A stretch of DNA of 24,940 bases from Octopus sinensis (GCF_006345805.1 NW_021836225.1:1-24940); one strand, 5' to 3'. Positions 1 to 10,874 are shown, counted from the first letter of the stretch. Made by a program: numbers and translations. Notes: a model not told the origin generated them from the letters alone.

Positions 1-138
1 ATTTGGTGAAGGGTCTAAAATTGCGGCAAGAAATTAGATGGTGCAATGCACAAGAATCTGTTGCCGAGCGAAGAAATGATCATAGAGGATGATTCTCACA
101 TCTAGAACACAACAGTGTAGCTGTATTTTGCGGCAATA

Positions 139-689
139 TAGCACCAAATAGATAAGAAAGCATGAAAAACAGGCTCTCATTAGCACCAACACCATCCGGA
201 AGAATAAGAAACATAATCTAGAAAAGGTGATATGTCGGTCAGCGACACCAATGGAGACTATCAACAGCTTTTATTTTCTATTTCTAACCCAGACCTCTAC
301 AAATGTGGGCTTTAAAACTTCGAAGTTACATATAGGCTAGAATTTCCAAATAAGCAATCTCTACTGTCTTTTCAGCGATAATATTTTGAGCGGGGCATAG
401 AAATATTTCATTACAAAAATTGGAGAATAACTATGAAACAGCATTTATACGAAGCCCCTAGTACTTATAACAACAACAACAACAACAACAATAATAATGA
501 TAATAATAATAATAATAATACCTAGCACCAAATAGATAAGAAAGCATGAAAAACAGACTCTCACTAGCACCCATAGCATCTGGAAGAATAAGAAACACAA
601 TCTGGAAAAGGTGGTACGTCGGTCAGCGACACAAATTGAGGCTATCAACAGCTCTTATTTTCTATCTCTAACCCAGGCCTCAACAAATG
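139..689 (+). repeat. Two direct copies of a ~166-bp sequence (139-304 and 523-689)
   Basis: Hand alignment gives roughly 90% identity with one indel. The second copy sits between two (AAT)n tracts. Confidence 0.9.
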
Positions 690-695
690 ATAATG

Positions 696-776
<81 letters not shown>

Positions 777-808
777 GTAATGATAATAATAATAGTAATG
801 TAATAATA
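686..808. repeat. (AAT)n microsatellite
   Basis: Directly visible; probably an expanded retroelement tail. Confidence 0.95.
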
Positions 809-1115
809 ATGCCCTGATGCAATACTACGCTGTAGCTTTCATGACTTCCGATCTTAATTGATCGGAAGTGTTAACAAGTACCTGATTTGTCTTCGTGAAA
901 AAGATGGGCTATAGCACACATCCTGCGCAAAACCACAGATTTGCTTCTCAGTTGCTTGACCTCAACCAGTTGTGCATGTCCCTTAGTGGCTGACGATATG
1001 TACACGGAGTAGTGGGGGATCATCATACCATGTGCTTAGAGGAATTCTTTGGGGTTTGTATAATTCATTTTTGGAAACATGGGCGTTTCGTTCAAAATCC
1101 TTAAACAGTTCTTAT
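805..1115 (-). mobile_element. 3' end of a non-LTR retroelement with an (ATT)n tail
   Basis: The minus strand ends ...TGCATCAGGGCATTATTATT, running into the (AAT)n tract 686-808. Perfect 10-bp hairpin at 844-869. Recognised from memory as a common octopus repeat; clade not determined. Confidence 0.6.
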
Positions 1116-2050
1116 CGAAGGTTGTTGAACACAAGTAGCAATTCTTACTTATGTGGAACACAAGCGTTAGAATTGTTACTTGTGGAAACTTATGCAGTCG
1201 ACACAACGTCCTTATGGCTAGGTTAGAGAATGAAGGATATTAGAAATGGCCCATGCATTATCGATTCGCTGAAAACTGTCCTTCTGTATTCTGCAAGAGT
1301 CACAAGAACGACATGATGCCATTTGTTACAAAGCTTCATAATAACATCTCTTCTAATCAAATTACCATGTAATAACCTTTTGTAGACCAACAATAACAAC
1401 AACAACAATAACAAAATTGAGTAAGTATATAGGCACAGAGTCACATATTTCGTTGGCGGGGATATTCATTTAGTAGACGTAATTGATGATTGGTACTAAA
1501 AGGGCAAACTGAATTCCGGTGGGATCTGAATTCAGAGAATAAAGGGAGTGATATTTTTGTCCGCCGCGCAAAACAGATCTGAAAGCTTGCCGTCATTAAC
1601 GGTATTTCATTTTCGTATTTGATTTGCAAGATTCTTGTGAATTTGTGTGTTGAATCAGATTTTGCTTGTGATAATAGAGAGTGCATATCATTGATGAAAT
1701 CGCGAATGCCAACAAAACGATTTCTACAAAACTAACTGATTGATTAACCGACTTATTAATCAAACAAATGACTACTGAATTGTTTAAATGCTAACTAACA
1801 GAGTAATGATAATAAAAGAAGTGAAATTGAACCAGTGCGTGTGTTTAATGTCGGCTTGTGACCCTTCTGCAATGCAACAATATTAATGCTGGTGTTTATC
1901 GATTGTTGGCAAAATGTCGCAACTTTGGGGTAGGGTAGACGATTTGTACCGAACCCCAGAGGAAGAAGGGTTAAGATGACATCGAATTTGAACTCAAGAT
2001 ATAAAATGGCTGGATGGTTTGGTTAAATACCGTACGGCAATTTGCCCGTT

Positions 2051-2240
2051 AAGGCGGGGAGATGGAAGAATCGTTAACTCGGAGAATATAATGCTTAGCG
2101 GCATTTTTTCCGGGTCTTCATGTTCTTAGTTCAAATGATATGGAGGTCAAACTTGCTTTCAGTATCGATAAAAGGAAATAACAGTGAAGTACTTAGGCCC
2201 GATGAAATCGATTTGCCCCTTCCCTCAAAAATGCAGGCCT
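2051..2240 (+). mobile_element. Degraded SINE family 1 copy
   Basis: AAGGCGGGGAGATGGAAGAATCGTTA head, TTAGTTCAAAT B-box-like, CCCCTTCCCTCAAAAATGCAGGCCTTG tail. Confidence 0.55.
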
Positions 2241-2506
2241 TGAACCTTGCAACGGACCGGCGTCCCGTTTATGGGAAATATTGCGATCTCGGTGCAAAAC
2301 CGGATAAGCGGCTTTATAAGTCCTCGAAAAATATAATGAGCCCCCACTTTAAACAGATTTAACAATCTACCGCCATTGAAGATGTTAAAAAAAGGAGGAT
2401 ATGTAACAAAGTCATTACCTAAGAATAAACAGAAGAAACTGAAAATAAATTGTACCCCACCCCCATCAACCAAAACAATAAGCTAACCTCAATAATAATA
2501 ATAATA

Positions 2507-2898
2507 ATGGTTTCAAATTTTGTCACAAAGGCAGCCATTTTGGGGGATGGGATGAGTCGATTACTTCGACCCCAGTTTTCAACTGGTACTTATTTTATCG
2601 ACATGGAAAGAATGAAAGGCAAAGTCGACCTCGGGAGAAATTGAACTCAGATCGGAGCGACGAGCGAAATACCGATTTCTTTACTACTCACAAGGGGCTA
2701 AACACAGAGGGGACAAACAAGGACAGACAAAGGGATTAAGTCGATTATATCGAGCCCAGTGCGTAACTGGTACTTAATTTATCGACCCTGAAAGGATGAA
2801 AGGCAAAGTCAACCTCGGCGGAATTTGAACTCGGAACGTAACGGCAGACGAAATACCGCTAAACATTTCCCCGGGGTGCTAACGTTTCTGCCACCGCT
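2507..2898 (-). mobile_element. SINE family 1: young head plus 184-bp module joined to a diverged older-type body
   Basis: Young module 2674-2857. Older diverged body 2507-2673 ends in AAATTTGAAACCATT(ATT)n. Junction at GGTATTTCG (2673). Confidence 0.85.
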
Positions 2899-2932
2899 TT
2901 AATAATAATATTAATAATAATAATAATAATAA

Positions 2933-3151
2933 CAATGGTTCCAAATTTTGGCACAAGGCCAGCAATTTCGAGAGTGGAGGCAAGTCGATTATAGCAACCT
3001 CAATGCTCAACTGGGGGTACTTATTGTACTGACCCCGAGGGGATGAAAATAAGGTCGACTTCACCGGAATTTGAACTCAGATCGCAAAGACGGACGAAAT
3101 GCCCCCAAAAGCATCTTTGCCTGGTATGCTGACGATTCTGCCAGCTTGCCG
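2933..3151 (-). mobile_element. Old SINE family 1 copy with (ATT)n tail
   Basis: The reverse complement has CGGCAAGCTGGCAGAATCGT, GAGTTCAAATTCC and GCTGGCCTTGTGCCAAAATTTGGAACCATT. Followed by the (AAT)n tract at ~2900-2932. Confidence 0.75.
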
Positions 3152-3419
3152 AATATAATCAGTTGAGATTGTATTGTCATGTGGCGAACAGAAGAGATAA
3201 GGTGGTGGTGGGCAAGGGAAGGGGGTGGGTGGGAGGGTGTGAAAAGGTTAGAATGACAGGAAATAATAACAGCGTCGTGGCAACATAAACCAACACACGT
3301 ATACAAACACAGACACACATATGTAAACAAACACACACACACACACATATACAAAGATAATACATACATACTACTACTACTACTACTACTACTACTAATA
3401 ATAATAATAATAATACGTA

Positions 3420-3660
<241 letters not shown>

Positions 3661-3869
3661 ATATGCGTGTGTTTGTGTCTGTATTTGTCCTCCCGTCACC
3701 ACATGACAACCGGTATTAGTGTGTTTACGTACCCGTACACTAGCGGTTCGGCCAAAGGCCCGATAGAATAAGTCCTGGGGGTCAACTTGTTCGACTAAGA
3801 ACCCCTTTAAGGCAGTGCTCTAGTATGGCCGCAGTCAAATATCTGGAATAAATAAAAGAATACAAGAAT
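3661..3869 (+). mobile_element. 3' half of SINE family 2
   Basis: CCGATAGAATAAGTCCTGGGGGTCAACTTGTTCGACTAA...GGCCGCAGTCAAAT...AAAAGAAT. Confidence 0.75.
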
Positions 3870-3934
3870 ATATATGATATACATACATACATACATACAC
3901 ATACACACACCTATATATTCACACACACACACAG

Positions 3935-3965
<31 letters not shown>

Positions 3966-4447
3966 TTGCATACATACACATGAGATTAGCATCTCCCATT
4001 CCACACGTACTCACACTCACATACTCACGCGCGCGCGCACACACACACACACGCTCTCTCATTCTCTCTTTCTACTTCACCCTCTTTCCCCCATCTCTCT
4101 CTCTCACTCTTTCTTTCTCTGACTAAAAAAAAAAACACGGATGTACAGGGTACAACAAGAATGACACGGTTCACGTAAGTCGGCCATGTTTGAGTTTTGT
4201 CTGTTGCTAAAAGATGTCGGCTGTTGAGTGTGAAATGGTTCCTGGAGGACGGGGTCGCTAACTGAACGAGCCCCGACATTGCCGCAGCTGATATATTCTA
4301 TTTATTTGTTCATTTATGTATTTATTGATCTTTGTTTTTAGCTAGAAAGCGGGATAAGAGGGGAATGGCTACGGTTGCGAATTCTCGGAGCAAAAAAAAA
4401 AAAAAAAAGAAAAATCTGACGCACACACATACATATTAAACACACCC

Positions 4448-4836
4448 AGGAATGGCTGTGAGTTCTAGGTTCAGTCCCACTCCATGGCACCTTGGGCAAG
4501 TGTCTTCTACTATAACCTCCGGCTGACCAAAGCCTTGTGAGTAGATTTGGTAGATGGAAACTAAAAGAAACCTGTCATGTATATATATATATATTATATA
4601 TAATATATATATGCATGTGTGTGTGTGTGTGTCTGTGTTTGAGCCCCTCGACATCGCTTGACAACCAACGTTGGTGTGTTTACGTCTCTGTAACTTACCG
4701 GTTCGACATAATTTACCGATAGAATAAGTGCTATGCTTACAAGGAATAAGTCCCGGGGACGATTTGTTCGACTAAAGGCGGTGCTCCAGCATGGTCGCAG
4801 TCAAACGACTGAAACAAGTAAAAGAATAAAAGAATA
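4448..4836 (+). mobile_element. SINE family 2 with a deletion between the A and B boxes
   Basis: AGGAATGGCTGTG joined directly to AGTTCTAGGTTCAGTCCC; the rest of the body and the AAAAGAAT tail are present. Confidence 0.85.
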
Positions 4837-4859
4837 ATACATGCTCGCAGTTATACATA

Positions 4860-4923
4860 CGTAGAGACAAACATACATATATACATACATATGTGTGTGT
4901 GTATGAAGTGAAAACAGTGTATA

Positions 4924-4954
<31 letters not shown>

Positions 4955-5083
4955 GTGTGTGGTGTGTGGTTGTGTGTGTGTGTACTCGATGAACTACGCA
5001 TGCACACACATACGTGTGTATGTACATTTATGTATGTATGTATGTATGTATGTATTATGTATGTATGTATGTATGTTATTATA

Positions 5084-5114
<31 letters not shown>

Positions 5115-5485
5115 CGTGTGTGTGTACTCGGTGACAAGGCCATACACACATATACATGTGTGTCTATATATATATATGTTTATATATATTATATATATGT
5201 ATATATATATATATCATATGTACATTCATATGCATATATATATAATATATATATGTATATATATATATAATAATATATATTTGTGTTGTATATATATATA
5301 ATATATATATATGTGTATATATATATATATAAATATGTATGCATATATTATTATTTTTATATATATATATATATATAATAATATATATATATACATATAT
5401 ATATATATACACATTATATATATATATATATAATACATATTATAATATACATATATATATATATTACATATATATATTTATATAC

Positions 5486-5519
<34 letters not shown>

Positions 5520-5526
5520 TATATAT

Positions 5527-5557
<31 letters not shown>

Positions 5558-5567
5558 TATATATATA
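4860..5567. repeat. Long degenerate (TA)n/(TATG)n/(TG)n low-complexity tract
   Basis: Directly visible. Confidence 0.95.
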
Positions 5568-5830
5568 CGATGTTTTTCCAGCAATCCGACTGAAGCATCA
5601 CTAATTAATGGCCTTAGAGGAACCGACTGGATTCTGACACATCTCACCATTCTGTGGAGTACAACAGAGTAATGTCATGGCCGTGAAAAGTAAACAGTCT
5701 AAAGACACACACACTCGCACAGACTCACACACACACGCACATATACATAAGCGCAAACAAGAATACAAACACGTGTGTGTGTGTGTATGTGTGGAAAAAG
5801 AATGAATAAGAAAGAAAAAGATTTGATAAG

Positions 5831-5960
5831 AAGTTAGGTTCCCAATCGCATGGTTGCGGGTTCAGTTCCATCGCGTGCCGCCTTGCGCAAATGCCTTCTA
5901 TAACCCCAAAGACTTGTGAGTGAATACGACAGGTGAAAACTGAAAGAAACCCATCACATA
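5831..5960 (+). mobile_element. Degraded 5' fragment of SINE family 2
   Basis: GCATGGTTGCGGGTTCAGTTCC...CCTTGCGCAAATG...CTTGTGAGTGAA...AACTGAAAGAAACCC. Confidence 0.6.
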
Positions 5961-5990
5961 CACATTTGAGTGTTTTAACATTTATATTTG

Positions 5991-6018
<28 letters not shown>

Positions 6019-6021
<3 letters not shown>

Positions 6022-6569
6022 GGTCAGGCAAAATGATCTGACACATTTGTAGGTTAAATAAACGGCAAATGAAGTAAAGAAACAAAAAAGTGTTTTTATT
6101 TTTGAAAAGTACATATAATGCCATTTTGCTTCATTATGTTTTAAAAATTAAATCAGTCAAATGGGATCCATTATTGTCCACACACTGTCGAGGCGTTCAC
6201 GAAAGTTGTCAATAACTCGGCGGGTCTTTCATGTGGAATGGCAGTATTTTCTTGACGAATTGCATCTTAAGTTCTGGCTGTGCGAGGTCGGTCGGTTGAT
6301 TTTCGTTTCAATGCAGATCCAGTAGCTCTGAAGTTGGTAACCATAACAAGATCGTGTTTCGAGCTGGTACGGGATCATGTCTACCAAGATTGAAGTGCAA
6401 ACGGAACGCTCTTTGTGTTGCAGTTACAGAATCGTTTGTTTTGATAAACGTTTCCACAATGAAAGCGCGATGCTCACCATTCCAATTCATGGCAGCAACT
6501 GAAAAAGAAACGAAAAACAATGCTTTTTATTTAACCTACAAATGTGTCAGATCATTTTGCCTGACCCTG
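6019..6569 (-). mobile_element. Non-autonomous, internally deleted Tc1/mariner transposon (551 bp)
   Basis: Perfect 44-bp TIRs (CAGGGTCAGGCAAAATGATCTGACACATTTGTAGGTTAAATAAA at 6019-6062; reverse complement at 6526-6569). TA on both sides, inserted in a (TA)n tract. Transposase remnants inside. Confidence 0.93.
6134..6490 (-). pseudogene. Mariner-type transposase remnant: N-terminal HTH fused to the C-terminus, catalytic domain deleted
   Basis: ATG at 6490: MNWNGEHRAFIVETFIKTNDSVTATQRAFRLHFNLGRHDPVPARNTILLW/VTNFRATGSALKRKSTDRPRTART. Then, with frameshifts, DAIRQENTAIPHE/RRVIDNFRERL/RQCVDNNGSHLTDLIFKT* (TAA 6136-6134). Resembles the DUF4817-type HTH and C-terminus of rosa/DD41D-like transposases (subfamily recalled, inferred). 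Confidence 0.85.
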
Positions 6570-6576
6570 TATATAT

Positions 6577-6643
<67 letters not shown>

Positions 6644-7879
6644 GAAAGAAGGTTTGAAAATGCAATTAAAAGATGTTTTATTACTTAACCGGTTTCACTC
6701 TTTGGAAAAAGATTGTCAAAAGTAACACATGGAAGTTTGGTTGCGTTAATTATTGGTTGTTGCAAATTGTCACATTACATGTATATATACAGTCTTTGGT
6801 AACAGGGACATGTTAAGGACATAAAAAAGTACAACAGTATGATGAGAATATTTGAAAAAATGGGCAGAAAAGATTAAAACAAATATATTATACATCTCAG
6901 GGTAATTTCCAGGAGGAATTATCAAAAAAAGTTCAGTACAGAATATTATACATATATATGTTTATCGGAACGTGGCGAAGGAATAAAGGACTATCTTATG
7001 AGTTTCATTGGCTTACAGCCGTCTTTGCTATATGATGCAGGAAAATTCATTGCTGAGTGACTGAGTAACCCCCCCCACAAATACATATACACACTTATAC
7101 GCCAAATGTATGTATGTATATATGTGTGTGTCTTTGTGTTTGTCTCAAGCCTCTTTCCAAGAACCTATGTTAGCTAATTTACGTCCCCCGTATCTTTGTG
7201 GTTCGGTAACATGGAACGATAAAGTATTCACCAGAATTAGAAAAATTACTACTGGAGTCGATTTCTCCAACTAAACTCTTAATAACGGTGCCCCAACACT
7301 AACGTTGGCCCTCAAAGAGGACCGGAATAGAATTGTCGACTGTCATATCGTATGAAATATATATTAGCTTAGGTGTTGGGGTGTAGGACTCACGATGTTG
7401 AGATTGTGGATTTGATTCCTAGACCAGGCGATATGTTGTGCTCTTGAATAAACTACTCCACTTCTCGTTGCTCCATTCCAATCAACTGTAGCAATGAGTT
7501 TAGCCTGGGATGGGCTCCACCAGGCATTCTCGCTCTAGATACGCTGCATGGCTGCAGTGCTCCAGCAACCCCCAAGGGACTTGTCACGAAGTACATGACT
7601 GGTACTTGTTCAATCAATTTTAAAGTATTAAATGACAAACTCATTTCGTTTGGAAGAAATGGGCGGCTTTCTCTAAGGCCGGGCCGACGGCGCTAAACAT
7701 CGTGGCACTGGGTGTGTGTCTCTGTATCTTTCTGTGTCTCTCTCTGTCTCTCTCACTCCTTTTCTGCACTCTCTCTCTCTATATGTATGTACGTATGTAT
7801 GTATGTATGTATGTATGTATGTATGTATGTATGTATGTATGTATATATATATATATATATATTGTACATACGTATGTGC

Positions 7880-7946
7880 ACTAACCCCAACATTCCGAGT
7901 TTGATTCCAGGTAGTGACCTCAATAGTAAATAATAATAATAATAAT

Positions 7947-8002
<56 letters not shown>

Positions 8003-8200
8003 CAACAACATCGAAAAATACTTTAGGAATAAGAACCCATGTTCGAAATTTCACTAAGAAACCTGATAAAGGCTGGAGAGTATATCAGCCGAAACGTTGT
8101 TTTAACAACAAAAATAAAATGAGGACAAATATTCGTCAAATGTAAATACTGTAAATAATGTAAATATTGTATTTATTTATGTTCTCTCCTGTTTTTAATT
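7880..8200 (+). mobile_element. Penelope-like terminal-repeat remnant with a minimal hammerhead-like motif
   Basis: CTGATAA-A-GGCTG(N10)CAGCC-GAAACGTT at 8063-8098, followed by AT-rich TGTAAATA repeats. Family assignment is inferred from the motif. Confidence 0.55.
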
Positions 8201-8476
8201 ATTTAAATTCTTCCTCTGATGAAGGAGCTAGTTTCTAACAAAAATACAAAGCTCCGTCTTTGGAATGTAGATAACAAAAACAATGTCGCATTTTAAACTT
8301 GAGAAGAGTCTTATTCTAACTGTTCCATCTACAGATTGTATTTTTAGCGAGCGAGTTAAATGGTTGATTGCTTTTTCTGAAAACCCTAACCTACCCAGAT
8401 TGTCACTTAGGGATTTACTAAAAAATCCTAGTTGCACCAATCATTATTGGTATAGATCTGAATTTATAATCTAATA

Positions 8477-8888
8477 GGAGTGGCTGTGTGGTAAGTAGCT
8501 TGCTTACCAGCCACATGGTTCCGGGTTCAGTCCCACAGCGTGGTACCTTGGGCAAGTGTCTTCTACTATAGCCTCGGACTGACCAAAGCCTTGTGAGTGG
8601 ATTTGGTAGACGGAAACTGAAAGAAGCCCGTCTTATACGTGTATATATATGTATATGTATGCGTGTATATGTTTGTGTGTCTGTGTTTGTCCCCCAACAC
8701 ACTTGACAACTGATGCTGGTGTGTTTACGTCCCCATAACTTAGCGGTTCGGCAAAAGAGACCGATAGAATAAGTACTAGGCTTCCAAAAGAATAAGTCCT
8801 GGGGTCGATTTGCTCGACTAAAAGGTGGTGCTCCAGCATGGCCGCAGTCAAATGACTGAAACAAGTAAAAGAGTAGAGAGTAAAAGAG
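8477..8888 (+). mobile_element. Full-length tRNA-derived SINE (family 2)
   Basis: A-box-like TGGCTGTGTGG, B-box-like GGTTCAGTCCC, CCTTGGGCAAGTG (as in CORE-type SINEs), internal (TA)/(TG) tract, tail GACTGAAACAAGT(AAAAGAGT)n. Confidence 0.9.
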
Positions 8889-9199
8889 TAAATCGAAGCT
8901 GAAGGTTTCAAATCAATTATCAATATTTATCCTCTGATTGATTCACAAACAGATAATGACAATCAGCAGGACAGCTGAACTCAATGGCGGTACATACGTT
9001 TTCTTGTCTGTCCCTATAAATAATATCCGGTCTGTTATGTTTACACTTGACAGATGTTTTCACAGCAATGTTCTAACAGTATTCTTTGTGTTGATGTTTG
9101 TGTATGTATTCAATAACAGAGAGACTCTTTATACAGTCTTTTTTCTTTTTTACCGAAAGGCACCATATATTGTTTTTGCGGCAGCGTCATGTCACATAG

Positions 9200-9700
9200 G
9201 GAGCTAGTACCTTAATGACGTCTTGGGACAGCTGCTAATCATGTGTGATGCTTTTAACAAAAATATGGCAATCTACATTTTCAGTTGCATTTTGGAGAAC
9301 TCCCAGAGTTTTACTGTCCCTTTTGTCAAATAGATATTTCGAAACAATCTCCTGTTCTTGAATTGCGAATGCTTAGCCTTGGAAGTGTGTTGTGATGCAG
9401 CGGTCACGAGTCTCCGAGAAACATACCAATGCATGGTTTTTTTTTTTTGTATGCTGAGGGTTTCATCTCCAGGTCTTTCTTGAGGTATGCTAGTCCGGCT
9501 AATTTGGAGTTATATAGGAGGTCATCAGGAAGAGAGTACATCTTGAGAAGCTCTCTGCCGAAACGTAGTATATTGTTCTCTTCAATTTTTAGCTCTAAGT
9601 TTATTTATTTTTGCTGTTGTTTAGTACGTGCTGCCTGAGAAAGACTGTACGATATTTGAAGGCCGTCTGGACTGATCTCAAGCCACTACCCGCTTCATCT
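9200..9700 (-). pseudogene. Possible decayed coding remnant, perhaps a non-LTR retroelement ORF
   Basis: The minus strand reads mostly in frame with scattered stops and one frameshift: SPDGLQISYSLSQAARTKQQQK*INLELKIEENNILRFGRELLKMYSLPDDLLYNSKLAGLAYLKKDLEMKPSAYKK / EQEIVSKYLFDKRDSKTLGVLQNATENVDCHIFVKSITHD*QLSQDVIKVLAPY. No motif recognised. Confidence 0.3.
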
Positions 9701-10092
9701 CTTCTTAGTTAGAGCTATTCAATATCATGATTTCATGTGGAGATTTCCAGTTCATGTCAGTATCTTGCGGGTTATGTATGTATGTATGTATGTATGTATG
9801 TATGTATGTGTGTATGTATGTATGTATTTATGTATGTATGTATGTAGGTATTTATCTATAGGTGGGCGAATGGATGTCTGTTTGTATGTATGAAATTTCT
9901 ATTGATGCACGGTGAAGTGATAAATTACAGGACTCAATACCTAAATGTAGAGCATTCTTTAATATACTTATAACTAAAAGATTCATAATAACAGGTAAGC
10001 TGAGTTTTATATCTCACTCCTGAGAAATGGTAATCCGCGCCTGTTTTCTCGTATACTATTCCTTTGAATATGTTTTGAAATATTATACAAAA

Positions 10093-10614
10093 CTAGCAGT
10101 ATCGCCCGGCGTTGCTCGGGTTTGTAAGGGAAATAACTATATAAGCATTTTTAGTGAGTTATAGCAAAAAAATAGCAAAAAATGCATTAAAAATGGAATA
10201 AAAAATGATGGTAATTTTGGTGTCTTCAAGCCATGAAGTCGTTGTTCTAAAAGAACGCTGGTCTCCTTGACAATGCTTTACGACGTTGATTTCCTTACAC
10301 TCCCTTCCCCACAGCTTCACGAGGGAGGGAAGAAGGGGGAGAAGCAACACAGGTGCAGGTGTGACCATAGACGCCAACTCCGCCGCCATCGACACAGGAA
10401 AAAATATGCGTTAAAATGGAAAAAAATGATGTTAAATTATTTTTTAAATCGTAGACTCATCGTAGACGCCCGCTAATACCCAGACGGGCTTGATATGAAT
10501 CACGACTATAAGATACCCGAATTTGGTTAAACTGCACCGCAAAATGTGGGAGTAGTTAGGAATCTAAATCGTAGGAGACAGACACTCACACAACTACAGT
10601 TTTATATATATAGA
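10093..10614 (-). mobile_element. Non-autonomous Helitron (522 bp)
   Basis: On the minus strand it starts 5'-TCTATATATATAAAAC (10614) and ends CCCGAGCAACGCCGGG (hairpin, 10105-10120) then CGATACTGCTAG-3' (CTAG 10093-10096). Inserted between A and T with no TSD, the canonical Helitron ends. Confidence 0.85.
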
Positions 10615-10747
10615 TTTATCAAGAAAACGCTTATCTTTATGCTTTGCTTTTCCAATATGAAATCTTTCTGGTTGCAGCTATGTTTGCATTATCTTGTAGG
10701 CAACTATTATGGTAATTCTTGTACATGTTGGATTGTCTTTCTTCCAG

Positions 10748-10874
10748 GTGACCAAAGTACGAATGGGACGCACATATTTAAGCGGGAAAGTCTCATGTCG
10801 AAATATACGGAAATGTCCACGTCAGACATGCGAAAGTCCTGGAGGTTTATGCTGCAGTACCTGTCGAATATTAG
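10748..10874 (+). CDS. chrd: Internal coding exon of chordin/short gastrulation, C-terminal half of CR1 (VWC domain)
   Basis: Acceptor ttgtctttcttccag| (AG 10746-10747) and donor |gtaagt (10875-10880). 127 nt, phase 0 to phase 1, translating VTKVRMGRTYLSGKVSCRNIRKCPRQTCESPGGLCCSTCRIL(G). The C-x5-C-x4-C-x6-CC-x2-C pattern is a VWC C-terminal half. GKVSCRNIRKCP matches chordin CR1 as recalled (vertebrate GRVSCKNIKPECP, Drosophila Sog ARVQCRNIKNECP). This frame is absent from the ORF track. Confidence 0.88.

Noticed and set aside
8216-8260. CTGATGA followed by a GGAGCT/AGCTCC stem
   Set aside because: The GAAA half of the core is missing, so at most a broken relic.
8477-8550. tRNA-like sequences with A and B boxes
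   Set aside because: They are SINE heads with no complete cloverleaf, each followed by a SINE body.
9542-9568. GCCGAAACGTAG hammerhead-like string
   Set aside because: No CUGAnGA core, and it lies in a protein-like frame on the opposite strand.
9931-9994. 64-nt AG...GTAAGC segment with an open frame (DSIPKCRAFFNILITKRFIIT)
   Set aside because: No polypyrimidine tract. Its only open frame ends in phase 1, incompatible with the phase-0 chordin exon, and it has no CR1 similarity.
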